NCBI GenBank assembly: GCA_964474085.1
Contig: CAYYRJ010000011.1
Span: 11,347 to 75,346, forward strand
DNA length: 64,000 bases
From: an uncultured Planctomycetales bacterium
GTDB lineage: Bacteria; Omnitrophota; Gorgyraeia; Zapsychrales; JANLHA01
Direction: 5' to 3'
The position numbers and the translations under genes were made by a program. Below, one piece after another: positions 9,896 to 19,560 of the stretch (within the stretch, counting starts at the first letter, position 1; each line of letters begins with the position of its first letter). The notes below the pieces were generated by a model. That model searched no databases. It saw only the letters and a program-made list of their open reading frames with translations, and was not told where the DNA came from.

Positions 9896-10359
9896 TATTG
9901 TGTGCGAATGTGAATGATTTTCTTCCCAACTGTATGAGCATAGGCCACAATGTCCCCGGTGCCTCCTAACCCGGCAGCCTTTTTCCCATCCCAAACTGCA
10001 ATCATAAAATCCGATTGATCTACAATTCTTTTTCCAGCCTCAAAATAACACGTCTCCCGTTCTTGATCCAGTTCCAATATCTCAACCTTATCCGCTTTTT
10101 TTAATAATTGCGAATATTCTTCCCTTAAATTTGAGTCTTGAAAAACAGTATCATAGTCTTTAAACGGCAATACAACCCACAAAGAACCGGAATGCTTTAA
10201 AATCGCCTTGGCAAAGACTTGATCTGCCCCCTTAGCCAATGAGGTTATTCCAATCACAGGCGATTCGATTTTCTTGAGATTTTCCTCTATCAAAGACTGT
10301 ATTTTAAGCCAATCGAATGGATTCTTTATTACTTGATGTCCCGTGATACCAATTTTCAT
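9895..10359 (-). CDS. SLOG-superfamily (YpsA/DprA/LOG-like Rossmann) protein, a predicted nucleotide/NAD-derivative binding protein
   Basis: MKIGITGHQ...GITSLAKGADQVFAKA...VVLPF...MIAVWDGKKAAGLGGTGDIVAYA matches the SLOG/YpsA architecture. Last gene of the NAD cluster. Confidence 0.4.
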   Translation of the reverse strand: MKIGITGHQVIKNPFDWLKIQSLIEENLKKIESPVIGITSLAKGADQVFAKAILKHSGSLWVVLPFKDYDTVFQDSNLREEYSQLLKKADKVEILELDQERETCYFEAGKRIVDQSDFMIAVWDGKKAAGLGGTGDIVAYAHTVGKKIIHIRTQ

Positions 10360-10409
10360 AAATCAATCCAATAGTAATTTCTCACAATCATTAAATTTGA
10401 TGGCAAATG

Positions 10410-10706
10410 CTATTCTATCAATTTATGGTAAGGGTTTTTAATTTCCGCAAAATCTTTGCCCACTTTGCGATATTCAGCCCATAACAATACATCTCTATAA
10501 TCCATTTTGGCGTGTTTAACATATTCACGCAGCTTTGCTAATTCTCCCTCAGAGCACTTTAAAATCGCAAGATGAACCCTACTAGATTCGTACTCATACT
10601 CTTCTTTGCCATAATCATCCAATATCTTAAGAATTAAATCCATCTTGTGTTGAGGAAATAATTTATTAACAGCTTTTTTCACATGATTTCTTGAATAGAG
10701 AACCAT
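10410..10706 (-). CDS. Hypothetical protein (98 aa)
   Basis: ORF in a co-directional tight array. No motifs. Confidence 0.35.
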   Translation of the reverse strand: MVLYSRNHVKKAVNKLFPQHKMDLILKILDDYGKEEYEYESSRVHLAILKCSEGELAKLREYVKHAKMDYRDVLLWAEYRKVGKDFAEIKNPYHKLIE

Positions 10707-10715
10707 AAATCCTGC

Positions 10716-11093
10716 TTATCTCATATAATGCCAATAAAATACCCATGAAAGAGTAGATCTTACAGTTGACAACTTAAAACCTTTTTGAGATTTATAAAAT
10801 TCCTTATCAAATCCTTTATAACAACCTGAAATATCTTTCTGTTTACCGTAAATACTAAAATTCTCGCCAAATTGCTCCCGATGTTCCCTTATAAACTGAA
10901 TTGCATCCTGATAATGTTTGATAGCCTTATTTAGAACGCTTTGATATTTTTTATCGTCATAACCTGACACACGTCTCTTCAAAGCACGACAAGCAGCCTT
11001 ATAGGATCCGTAGCTATCGTAATCAATAAAGAGCTGAGCAACTTGGATAGCCTCTTCCAATAAATCTTTTTTCTTTTTTTTGGGTTTAATCAT
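10716..11093 (-). CDS. Hypothetical protein (125 aa)
   Basis: ORF in a co-directional tight array. No motifs. Confidence 0.35.
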   Translation of the reverse strand: MIKPKKKKKDLLEEAIQVAQLFIDYDSYGSYKAACRALKRRVSGYDDKKYQSVLNKAIKHYQDAIQFIREHREQFGENFSIYGKQKDISGCYKGFDKEFYKSQKGFKLSTVRSTLSWVFYWHYMR

Positions 11094-11109
11094 TTTTTAA
11101 AAGCAAATT

Positions 11110-12102
11110 TTAGAATTTATTAAAAGATTTCAATACTTTTTTAACTTCGACCATGCGTTGTTCAAGTTTGCCTCTTAAAACAAAATAGGGAATTTTACGT
11201 TTTGTTAAATCTTTAATTATTTCTTCCTGAAAAATTGTCCTATTGGCATCACCAGATCGATCCCATGTATCATCGTATGGAATATCAACATCACAAACAA
11301 AAACAACATCATACCGCCCGACGCATTGGTCAGCTAAATCAGTGAGTCTTTCGTGAGCAGAGCCATGATAATACTGTGAGAATAAATACGTTGTTAGCGC
11401 ATTCGTATCTGAGAATAGAAATCTATTGGCTTCGCAAAGAAGTTTTTCTTCTCGCTCTAAATGACCTTCGGCGATCTCCACTAATTGCTCAAGCGTTAAT
11501 CTCCTATCTTTTTGATGCTTGTCCCAATATTCTCGGCCATATTCAGGCATCCAGACCGTTTTGAAATTCTTTGCTAGTTTTTGAACAAGCGTTGTTTTAC
11601 CCGTCGATGGCGCGCCCAAGAACACAATATTCATGACGAGGTCTTTATAAACAAAAGGATCTACATAATTTCGATATCGATAAGGATTCTTTCTGATCTG
11701 CGTAGCTGAAATTGAGATCTGCTTCCTTTTTTCATCGATCCTGCGATCCACTGCGGCCAATGACATACTCATATGTTCTCCGTAGAATTCACTTGAATAA
11801 AAATGTGTGATCTTACGGTCGCCTAGAATTCTTTTCACATACTTTTCCTGCATACGTTTAATTTTAGACGTATTCCCCATCCCGGCGGGACCATCCCAGG
11901 CTTCAATCACTTCGACTTGAGGATATAATTTTCTGATCCACCCTGCACGAACATCCAAAGGGATCTTAGTTGTTTCAGGACAGTTATAAATGAGAACGAT
12001 AAGCTGATCAACTTCGGCAAGAGCGGTTTCGATAAGATATTGATGCCCTTTGTGAAAAGGAGCGAATTTTCCTAACGTCAGTCCGACACGCTGTGTGGTC
12101 AT
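11110..12102 (-). CDS. nadR: Bifunctional NMN adenylyltransferase / ribosylnicotinamide kinase (NadR-like, without the N-terminal HTH)
   Basis: N-terminal nucleotidyltransferase HxGH motif (GKFAPFHKGHQYLI). C-terminal P-loop (FLGAPSTGKTTLVQKLA) is typical of the RNK domain. Confidence 0.75.
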   Translation of the reverse strand: MTTQRVGLTLGKFAPFHKGHQYLIETALAEVDQLIVLIYNCPETTKIPLDVRAGWIRKLYPQVEVIEAWDGPAGMGNTSKIKRMQEKYVKRILGDRKITHFYSSEFYGEHMSMSLAAVDRRIDEKRKQISISATQIRKNPYRYRNYVDPFVYKDLVMNIVFLGAPSTGKTTLVQKLAKNFKTVWMPEYGREYWDKHQKDRRLTLEQLVEIAEGHLEREEKLLCEANRFLFSDTNALTTYLFSQYYHGSAHERLTDLADQCVGRYDVVFVCDVDIPYDDTWDRSGDANRTIFQEEIIKDLTKRKIPYFVLRGKLEQRMVEVKKVLKSFNKF

Positions 12103-12686
12103 GTTTTGATCAAAAGGGATTTTATAGATTTTGATTCAAAAGATTTTTTCCATTCCAAGAGGCCAAAGATAGCCAAAAATAAAAATATAGTGTAAAGGCC
12201 TGACGTAAAATAGAGCTGTTTATACCAAAAAACGCCAACGGCCATAACATCCACCGCAATCCAAAAAAGCCAAGACTCTAGTTTCTTTTTTGTCAAAAGC
12301 CACTGTGCGATTAAACTCATAACAGCAATAAACCCGTCAAGATAAGGTACAGACGCATCCGTGTAACGATGCATTAAATATCCCCAAACACCCGTGATGC
12401 AAACTCCCAATACAATCCATAAAACAAGATCTTTCACAGTTAGTCTTGTCACTTTGAGAGGAGTTTTATTTTTACCGCCGTACAACCAGTTATACCAACC
12501 ATAAAGCTGCAGAGCGACATAAACAATCTGTAAAATAAAATCCGAATACAGTTTCGCCTGATAAAAAACAAAAATGTAAAGAACAACCTGCACTAATCCC
12601 GTTGGCCAACTCCAAATATTCTCGCGTACCGTAAGCCAAACACAACTGATCCCAAAAATCGTTCCTACTATTTCTATCCAATTCAT
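12099..12686 (-). CDS. pnuC: Nicotinamide riboside transporter PnuC
   Basis: 195-aa polytopic membrane protein with a Trp/Tyr-rich PnuC-like sequence (WLTVREN, WPTGLVQV). Overlaps the nadR-like gene by 4 nt. Confidence 0.65.
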   Translation of the reverse strand: MNWIEIVGTIFGISCVWLTVRENIWSWPTGLVQVVLYIFVFYQAKLYSDFILQIVYVALQLYGWYNWLYGGKNKTPLKVTRLTVKDLVLWIVLGVCITGVWGYLMHRYTDASVPYLDGFIAVMSLIAQWLLTKKKLESWLFWIAVDVMAVGVFWYKQLYFTSGLYTIFLFLAIFGLLEWKKSFESKSIKSLLIKT

Positions 12687-12692
12687 CGAGAA

Positions 12693-13346
12693 TTAAAATC
12701 CCAAAGTATCCGAATTAATAATCGCAACACCTTTAGACTGCATTTCTTCGATTGCACGATCCGTATCGTTTGTATGAAGATTAACCCCACGACAAGCGTC
12801 TTTGATCAAATAAGTTTTAAACCCTGCTTCAGCAGCATCTAAGGCCGTAAACTTGACGCAATAATCCGTAGCAAGACCAACCACATATATCTCCTGAACA
12901 CCTTGAGCCTTTAAATAGTCATCCAAGCCCGTCTTTTTCTTATGCCCATTATCAAAAAACGCACTATAACTATCAATCGCCGGATCAGTTCCCTTTTGAA
13001 ATATCTGCTTAATTTTTTTAATGACGAGATCCTTAACTAAAGCGGCCCCTCGGGATCCTTGAACACAATGATCTGGCCATAAAATCTGCTTTAATCCATT
13101 AAGTTCAATAACCTCCCCAACATTTTTACCGTTATTGCTTGCAAAACTTTTATGGTTCTGTGGATGCCAGTCTTGCGTAGCGACTATAAAGTCAAACTTG
13201 TTTTGTAGTTTATTTATTAACGGGACAATCTGATCCCCTTCTTTGACTGCAAGAGCTCCGCCGGGACAAAAATCATTTTGTATATCGACGATAATAAGTG
13301 CTTTCTTTTTCATAGCTTTATCCCTACCCGATGGGTGTCGCGCCAC
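12693..13346 (-). CDS. pncA: Nicotinamidase/pyrazinamidase PncA (isochorismatase family)
   Basis: ALIIVDIQNDFCPGGALAV catalytic Asp region, DWHP metal-binding motif and catalytic Cys (DYCV). Confidence 0.8.
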   Translation of the reverse strand: MARHPSGRDKAMKKKALIIVDIQNDFCPGGALAVKEGDQIVPLINKLQNKFDFIVATQDWHPQNHKSFASNNGKNVGEVIELNGLKQILWPDHCVQGSRGAALVKDLVIKKIKQIFQKGTDPAIDSYSAFFDNGHKKKTGLDDYLKAQGVQEIYVVGLATDYCVKFTALDAAEAGFKTYLIKDACRGVNLHTNDTDRAIEEMQSKGVAIINSDTLGF

Positions 13347-14808
13347 GATCTTTAAGAATCAAATCCATTTTTAGTTTAAATAAAGATTTTTCCAGTCCAA
13401 CGGGAAACTCATGTGGATTAACAAAACGTTTGATCCCCAAGTGAAATTTTGCCAAATTATTTTTGGCATAAGTCCTCACATCATCAATCGGGGGACTTTT
13501 ATAAACCTTTTCACCTCTCTGAAATATTGTTACCAAAAGATCTTCATAATTTGCGTCCGGTCTTATAGTCTTTTGGCGGGTCATATCTTTGGGATCCACC
13601 ATCGTACAACCACGAGCTAAATCCGTCCCCTCATCAAAAATAACGTCAGCAATAATTTCTTTATCATTAAAAAATCTACGCACTTGCTGTATTCCCGGAT
13701 TTGATACTTTAATATTTTGCTCAGAAAGTTTAACCTTATAACTCCACTTTCCATTCTTATTCTTTATCGCGGCAAGTTTATAGACTCCGCCCAAAGCAGG
13801 TTGATCATAAGCGGTCACCAATTTTGTCCCAACACCCCAGATTGAAATCTTTGCTCCTTGGTCTTTGAGGCTTTCAATAATATTTTCATCCAATTCATTA
13901 CTGGCGACGATTTTGGCATTTGGGAAACCACCCTGATCTAAAATATTTCTTGCTTCAATACTTAAATAAGCTAAATCGCCCGAATCTAAACGAATCCCTA
14001 TCATTTCGTGGCCATTTTTTCTAAGCCAGTTCCCAACCTCAACAGCTTTCTTAACCCCCTCCAAAGTGTCATAAGTATCGACTAAGAAAACACAGTTATT
14101 CGGCATAGCCTTGGCATATTCTTTGAAGGATTCCAACTCATTGTCAAAAGACATAACCCAGCTGTGAGCATGAGTCCCCTTAACCGGGATCCCGAAAATT
14201 TTTCCCGCCAAGACATTTGATGTTGCACCACATCCGCCGATATATGCTGCCCGTGAGGCGGCTAATGCTCCATCGATTCCCTGCGCTCTTCTTAATCCAA
14301 ATTCGAGAACCTCATCACCCTGAGCCGCAAAACATACCCTCGCCGCCTTAGTTGCTATCAAAGATTGGAAGTTGATAATATTAAGCAAAATTGTTTCTAA
14401 AATCTGGCACTGAATTAACGGTCCTTTGATGCGTAAAAGCGGTTCATGCGGAAAGACAACTGTGCCTTCCGCTATCGCATCGACATCGCAACTAAATTTC
14501 ATTTCCGTTAGATAATTTAAGAATTCTTTCTCAAATATCGGTTTATTATCATTCCCTTTGAGTGTCGCTAAATATTCGGCATCAGTGCTGTCAAATTTGA
14601 ATTCATTCAGAAAATTAACTACCGTTTCTAATCCGCAAGCAATGACAAATCCTCCATTAAAGGGATTTTTTCTGAAAAACAAATGAAAAACGGACTCCTT
14701 CTCATGGATGTTCGCTTTCCAATAACCATAGGCCATGGTCATCTGGTAAAGGTCTGTCAATAATGAGAACGACTGTGTGTATGGGAAATAATTATTATTC
14801 ATGGTCAC
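13324..14808 (-). CDS. pncB: Nicotinate phosphoribosyltransferase (long PncB/NAPRT type)
   Basis: N-terminal LLTDLYQMTMAYGYWK matches the conserved NAPRT N-terminal motif. Length 494 aa. Confidence 0.7.
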   Translation of the reverse strand: MTMNNNYFPYTQSFSLLTDLYQMTMAYGYWKANIHEKESVFHLFFRKNPFNGGFVIACGLETVVNFLNEFKFDSTDAEYLATLKGNDNKPIFEKEFLNYLTEMKFSCDVDAIAEGTVVFPHEPLLRIKGPLIQCQILETILLNIINFQSLIATKAARVCFAAQGDEVLEFGLRRAQGIDGALAASRAAYIGGCGATSNVLAGKIFGIPVKGTHAHSWVMSFDNELESFKEYAKAMPNNCVFLVDTYDTLEGVKKAVEVGNWLRKNGHEMIGIRLDSGDLAYLSIEARNILDQGGFPNAKIVASNELDENIIESLKDQGAKISIWGVGTKLVTAYDQPALGGVYKLAAIKNKNGKWSYKVKLSEQNIKVSNPGIQQVRRFFNDKEIIADVIFDEGTDLARGCTMVDPKDMTRQKTIRPDANYEDLLVTIFQRGEKVYKSPPIDDVRTYAKNNLAKFHLGIKRFVNPHEFPVGLEKSLFKLKMDLILKDRGATPIG

Positions 14809-14811
14809 TCC

Positions 14812-16401
14812 TTAAATTTTTCGACAAACTAATAATATGTTCGTTTCTGGATAATTCATCAGTTCTAGTTTTTCCCGATCCATCTCAAAAAGAGCAGCCT
14901 TCCCTGAATATCGGTTGTTTATAATCCATGAGTTAGCATAGGCCTTACTACCTGCATCTAGCTGAAAACCAACTTTGGTCAATTCGCGCTTCCAGTCCGA
15001 GAAGCTCCAAAAACAAAATGTTTCGTGCATTTCACTTTGCCAATTATCAACATAATCCTTCTTCGAGAGAAATTCGCAAGTATCTTGAAATCTCAGATTT
15101 ATAAAGTCCTCATTATTGATCTTTTTTATCTCATATCTCAAAAAATGATTCTCAAACTTTGAATAATCTCTCGCAAAACGTAAGAATTTCGCAAATGTTG
15201 ATAATCCTTTTAAATAAGAAGCTAAATCAGCCCGATCATTAAAATCTTTTTCAAAATCATCATTCCTGCCATCTGCTTGAGTTAATTTCAAGAACACCAT
15301 TCTTTCTTTATTCTCTGGGCCAACAACATCTCTATTGATCCAAACTCCGCCGGGCTTTAATTCTAAAAAACGATTTTGAAGAAATCTCAGCAAATCTTGT
15401 CTGCCGCCGTATGATTCAATCTCATGTGTTAAAGAAGAAGTATGAATCGTATTCATGGAATCTTTTTCATACACCAAATCCATCACCGCATTTTTTTGCG
15501 AAAAGAAAACAAACGGATTCTTAAATTCATTATTATGTTTCCTTTGCACACAAATATCATAAAGATGTCTTGCCGCCTCAACTCCATACAAATCACTTTC
15601 CCGAAACTGTGGATCCGCGCTAACCATTTTTATCCACGACCCAACAGCACAACCGATATCTCCAATCCGTCCCGGTTGAATATAGGGAGCGGTGTCTTGA
15701 TATTTGAGGTCGGCAATATCATCCATTTGCCGAACATAGCTGTTATAGTCTCTTGTCGAAGTGATATCTCCATCATCACCGACGATCTTGTCAGTAAAGA
15801 GCATTTTAACTTTGTCGGCTAATCCATATTGTTCCCAAATTCTTAATGACGCAGGATGAATTTTGCCTATGAGATCTTTCTGCTCTTTCCATTGCTTTGA
15901 CTGTGCAATTTGCTCAACAAGATGCCACGGATTTTCAGTTTTCACTTTATATGTGACTTTATCAACCAATTCAGCAGGTAATATTTTAAAACCCAAAGCC
16001 TCATACATTTCTAAAACCGGCGTCGAGCAAAGAACCAATGTATTAGCCGGGGACAGATCCAACAATCCATCACTCTCGTGCTTAATTTTCTTTAATGTAT
16101 AATTTGTAAAATCATTTAAATGCCCGACATCGTCTATCCCGTAGATATAGCAAGGAACACCCCGATCCTCAGAAAATTCCTGCAAAGCCATCGCTCGTAA
16201 ATAAAAAGGCAATGGGTTTCTTCTGGTATTTGAGTGGTTCGCGGAAGTCACGGCATAAATGATTCCCTCAATCACAACTTTAGGTAATGGTTTCCCATTA
16301 ACATCAATTTCGCCTTCACACTGCGAATCAATGAGGCGCTTCAAATAATTAAACTGAAAATTAGTCAGTAAATGATGTCTGCCGGGAAACAGAATGTACA
16401 T
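14812..16401 (-). CDS. Hypothetical two-domain protein: an unknown N-terminal domain (FPGRHHLLT, TSANHSNTRRN) plus a C-terminal class-I SAM-methyltransferase-like fold
   Basis: C-terminal half carries DIGCAVGSW (motif I-like) and LKPGGVWI (post-II-like). The N-terminus has nucleotidyltransferase-reminiscent but non-canonical motifs. Confidence 0.35.
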   Translation of the reverse strand: MYILFPGRHHLLTNFQFNYLKRLIDSQCEGEIDVNGKPLPKVVIEGIIYAVTSANHSNTRRNPLPFYLRAMALQEFSEDRGVPCYIYGIDDVGHLNDFTNYTLKKIKHESDGLLDLSPANTLVLCSTPVLEMYEALGFKILPAELVDKVTYKVKTENPWHLVEQIAQSKQWKEQKDLIGKIHPASLRIWEQYGLADKVKMLFTDKIVGDDGDITSTRDYNSYVRQMDDIADLKYQDTAPYIQPGRIGDIGCAVGSWIKMVSADPQFRESDLYGVEAARHLYDICVQRKHNNEFKNPFVFFSQKNAVMDLVYEKDSMNTIHTSSLTHEIESYGGRQDLLRFLQNRFLELKPGGVWINRDVVGPENKERMVFLKLTQADGRNDDFEKDFNDRADLASYLKGLSTFAKFLRFARDYSKFENHFLRYEIKKINNEDFINLRFQDTCEFLSKKDYVDNWQSEMHETFCFWSFSDWKRELTKVGFQLDAGSKAYANSWIINNRYSGKAALFEMDREKLELMNYPETNILLVCRKI

Positions 16402-17337
16402 TTAAACCACCAAATACCCTTTCTTATCGGCAACCCCTATGGTTGCCTTGACACCCGAATTAAATTCAAGAAAATCATCTTCGATCCCATCGCTAAAAAT
16501 AACACCTCGTTCCGGCATCTGTGAAGTTAAGACCAACGGCTGCTGGCTCGTAACTTTCCCAAATACCAACTGTGCCTGAGATGTCTTGCTGGGCCATGGC
16601 TCTCGGACTGTATAGTATAAAAAATTGGAATCCCAATTAAAACCTTTAATCTTCTCAACATCCAAAGGATTCCCAAAAGCGGCACTAATGCCATTGGCTT
16701 CCGTTAAAATACTTTTTAGCCATCCGGTTGAACCTAGGCCTGTCGAGACAATGATCCCACTCGAAGAATGTTGTTCCATCGCCTTCCCAAGACTGATCTG
16801 ATATCTGATCGAAGTGTGAGTTTTCGGTCCAATAAAGAAATCATTAACCGCGTACAACTTCTGACCATTATTTAAATCTACTTGTGCCATAGTTATATGT
16901 TTAAAAGGTCGAAACTTTTGCAAAACATCAGAAATGATATTCCTGACATCCTCGACTCCAAAAGGCAATAAAACACCTTCCCAACGCTTTGGATCAGGAT
17001 TAACAGCGATTACCGGCTGGCCATTAAGATATTTTATCGTATTGGCCACCAAACCATCCTGACCCAAAACGAGAACAGTGTCGTTTTTCCCAAAAATAAA
17101 ATTAGGAAGAAATGCTCGATCTAATACTTGAACATGGGCTAAACCCTGCAATTGCACCTTGGTCTGTTCAAGAGCCTTCTTGTAATTCTGATTTTCAATT
17201 TCATAATCAGAAAAGTCAGCCCCGAGATGCTCTATGTAGAATTTAGCTTGGTTTAAAGTATTAAACCGAGCAATCAATTCTTCCAGCCTAGTCCTCCTAA
17301 CGACGAGGATAATTTTATTTTCTTTAGTATTTTGCAT
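16402..17337 (-). CDS. NAD(+) kinase-like (ATP-NAD kinase/diacylglycerol-kinase fold) protein
   Basis: GQDGLVANT resembles the GGDG(T/N) motif. SGIIVSTGLGSTGWLKS resembles the NAD-kinase DGxxxSTPTGSTAYS motif. Confidence 0.5.
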   Translation of the reverse strand: MQNTKENKIILVVRRTRLEELIARFNTLNQAKFYIEHLGADFSDYEIENQNYKKALEQTKVQLQGLAHVQVLDRAFLPNFIFGKNDTVLVLGQDGLVANTIKYLNGQPVIAVNPDPKRWEGVLLPFGVEDVRNIISDVLQKFRPFKHITMAQVDLNNGQKLYAVNDFFIGPKTHTSIRYQISLGKAMEQHSSSGIIVSTGLGSTGWLKSILTEANGISAAFGNPLDVEKIKGFNWDSNFLYYTVREPWPSKTSQAQLVFGKVTSQQPLVLTSQMPERGVIFSDGIEDDFLEFNSGVKATIGVADKKGYLVV

Positions 17338-17338
17338 T

Positions 17339-18364
17339 TTACTTTCCTGCTTTAGCTAACTCTCTTAACAGATCTGGAGAAATATTCAATTCTCCGATCT
17401 TACCGGCACTCTCAGCTAATTCTTTGAAGCTCAAAGCAATCAATTGATTTGGTTGCATATTCATGCTCGCCAAAGAATTGATAACTTTGGGATCAACCTT
17501 CTTGAATGTATCCATAAGCACTCCGAGGCTGTAAGCCTTTGCATCAGCTTCGAGTTTTTGATTTCCAACGCTGAGAGTAACGAGTTCTTTGTTTTTCTCC
17601 TCGATGGTGATCCTTCCAACCATCTCTTCTTCTCGGATGAGTCTTTGTTTTTCTTGAACAGACCTCTCAGCATCCATTTGAGCTTCACGAATTTGACGTC
17701 GCTTGTTTTCTACGGCAATTTCGGTATTAAGCTCATTCTCCTTGATAGCACGTTCTTGTTCGACAGCAGAATTACGTCTAGCGTAAATCGCTTCATCTGC
17801 ATCCTTGAGAAGCTCTTCTCGTATTTCCGCCTCCAAAGCACGTGCTGTTTCCGGATTAGGCTTAACAGCTAAGATCGATAGATCCAAAATCTCAACACCT
17901 AGAGATTTTAAAACCTCAGCATTAGCTAATGCTTGCCTGACACGTTGAACAAGATTATCCGATGTTCTCAAAACCTCCCGCAACTTGACAGTTTCTAACT
18001 CTTTTCTCACCAGAACTTGGATAAGATTCACTATCCGTTGTGGAAGCTGATCATGATCATCAGAATCAAACGAATTGATCTGCTGCCTATTAGGATCAAT
18101 AGTGAAATCGAGCATTTGAGCTAACTTTTTTGGGTCAGCTACCCTAAAGGCAACTTGCCCTTGCACCGATATTTCCTGATAATCAGCAGTAACTTCCTTG
18201 AATATAAAAGGAACGTCGGTACTGGCAATCGGGACGGCGACTAAAGAAGTCGTCGGGGCAAAATAGAAGAAAGACAACCCTATTCCCTCCCTCACCAATT
18301 TACCATTTTTGTACTGCAATAAATACACTGTTGGATCCACTTTAATAAACTTTATGCCAAACAT
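17339..18364 (-). CDS. SPFH/band-7 (flotillin-like) domain protein with a long coiled-coil region
   Basis: N-terminal SPFH-like region, then an extended E/R/K/Q-rich heptad region (EQERAIKENELNTEIAVENKRRQIREAQMDAERSVQEKQRLIREEE). Confidence 0.65.
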   Translation of the reverse strand: MFGIKFIKVDPTVYLLQYKNGKLVREGIGLSFFYFAPTTSLVAVPIASTDVPFIFKEVTADYQEISVQGQVAFRVADPKKLAQMLDFTIDPNRQQINSFDSDDHDQLPQRIVNLIQVLVRKELETVKLREVLRTSDNLVQRVRQALANAEVLKSLGVEILDLSILAVKPNPETARALEAEIREELLKDADEAIYARRNSAVEQERAIKENELNTEIAVENKRRQIREAQMDAERSVQEKQRLIREEEMVGRITIEEKNKELVTLSVGNQKLEADAKAYSLGVLMDTFKKVDPKVINSLASMNMQPNQLIALSFKELAESAGKIGELNISPDLLRELAKAGK

Positions 18365-18710
18365 TTTGGGCCTCCTTTTTGGTTAAAACATCCTTTTCAT
18401 TAAAATCAGGGCTAATCTCATGAACCCATGCGCGATATAGTTCATACTTCAAGTTATCAAGAATCTTATTAACGAATTTCAGATCCTTTTTATTGATCTC
18501 CTCTTTTAAGGAAATTTTATATTCCAAGAATCCTTCAGCATCCCAAAAAGCCTCGCGCCATGCCAAATAATTCTCTTTATTGAGCCGATTATCGGACAAG
18601 TACTTCTTAAAGATTGGAATAAAACTGGACCAATATTCCTCACGGATAGTGACCAAAAGCGTCTCGGTGATGTTTAAAACCCTAATTGTGTTTTTGTATT
18701 TCATGGCCAC
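18342..18710 (-). CDS. Hypothetical protein (122 aa)
   Basis: ORF. 3' overlap with the SPFH gene suggests translational coupling. Confidence 0.4.
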   Translation of the reverse strand: MAMKYKNTIRVLNITETLLVTIREEYWSSFIPIFKKYLSDNRLNKENYLAWREAFWDAEGFLEYKISLKEEINKKDLKFVNKILDNLKYELYRAWVHEISPDFNEKDVLTKKEAQNVWHKVY

Positions 18711-18720
18711 CCCCTTTGCT

Positions 18721-19470
18721 CTATATCTCGAATATGAATCCCCGGTCCTTTAACTGCTTATATTTTGCTTCGTCAAACTTATATAATCTGGCTGCCCGAT
18801 GAGAGACATCCATTTCAACTTCATCCAGCTCTTGCAATAAACCCATGCTTAAAATTCGCTTCCTAAAATTCCGTTTATCCAACTTCTCCTCTAGAATCTT
18901 TTCGTACATTTGTTGAAGTTGAGTGAGGGTAAACTTTTTCGGCAATAATTCAAATCCGATCGGTTCGTATCTCACTTTGGCTTTTAATCGTTTTAACGCT
19001 ACCGCAAAAACCTCATCATGATCAAAAGCTAACTTCGGCATATCGTAAACTGAAAACCATGCTGCATCCCTTGCATCTGTTGTCGCTTTAATCTTGTGAT
19101 CTCGCAAATTTACCAATGCGTAATAGGCGACTGATACAACTCTCTCTCTTGGATCGCGGTCAGGTTTGCCAAATGTATAAAGTTGCTCCAAATATACTTT
19201 TTCAATCCCTGTTTCTTCCTTTAATTCTCTTTGGGCCGTTTGCTCTAAAGTTTCTTCCATCATCACAAAGCCACCGGGTAAAGCCCACTTTCCTGCAAAA
19301 GGTTCTAAATCTCTTTGTATTAAAATTACTTTTAAATCTTCATCATCTAATCCAAAAACTACGCAATCGATTGTTAAACTTGGTCTGGGATATTTATACG
19401 TGTATGTCATCTTTTTCTCCTTTGGTGTCTCATCTACACTAAGCATAGTGTCACATATACACTTTGTCAA
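18721..19470 (-). CDS. nrtR: NrtR-like Nudix-related transcriptional regulator: an ADP-ribose pyrophosphatase-like Nudix domain plus a C-terminal winged helix. The start may be the internal Met MTYTYKYP.
   Basis: Nudix box [30 protein letters not shown]. The C-terminal [28 protein letters not shown] matches the conserved NrtR wHTH signature. Sits at the head of the NAD salvage cluster. Confidence 0.6.
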   Translation of the reverse strand: MTKCICDTMLSVDETPKEKKMTYTYKYPRPSLTIDCVVFGLDDEDLKVILIQRDLEPFAGKWALPGGFVMMEETLEQTAQRELKEETGIEKVYLEQLYTFGKPDRDPRERVVSVAYYALVNLRDHKIKATTDARDAAWFSVYDMPKLAFDHDEVFAVALKRLKAKVRYEPIGFELLPKKFTLTQLQQMYEKILEEKLDKRNFRKRILSMGLLQELDEVEMDVSHRAARLYKFDEAKYKQLKDRGFIFEI

Positions 19471-19524
19471 GAAATATTTTTGTCTTTAAAAGATGGGGAA
19501 AATACTACTAAAAATGCGTTATCT

Positions 19525-19560
19525 CGATATATATTTACCGACGGGTGGGGGTGTCAAAGA
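19525..19560 (-). promoter_or_regulatory. Sigma70-like promoter for nrtR: -35 TTGACA (plus 19552-19557), 18-nt spacer, AT-rich -10
   Basis: Reverse strand reads ctcTTTGACAcccccacccgtcggtaaaTATATAT. Same cassette as at int and hsdR. Confidence 0.5.

Noticed and set aside
9722-9913. Plus-strand 63-aa ORF spanning the left 19-bp repeat
   Set aside because: The opposite strand carries the integrase 3' remnant, which is homologous to a real gene. The plus ORF has no features, so it is an artefact.
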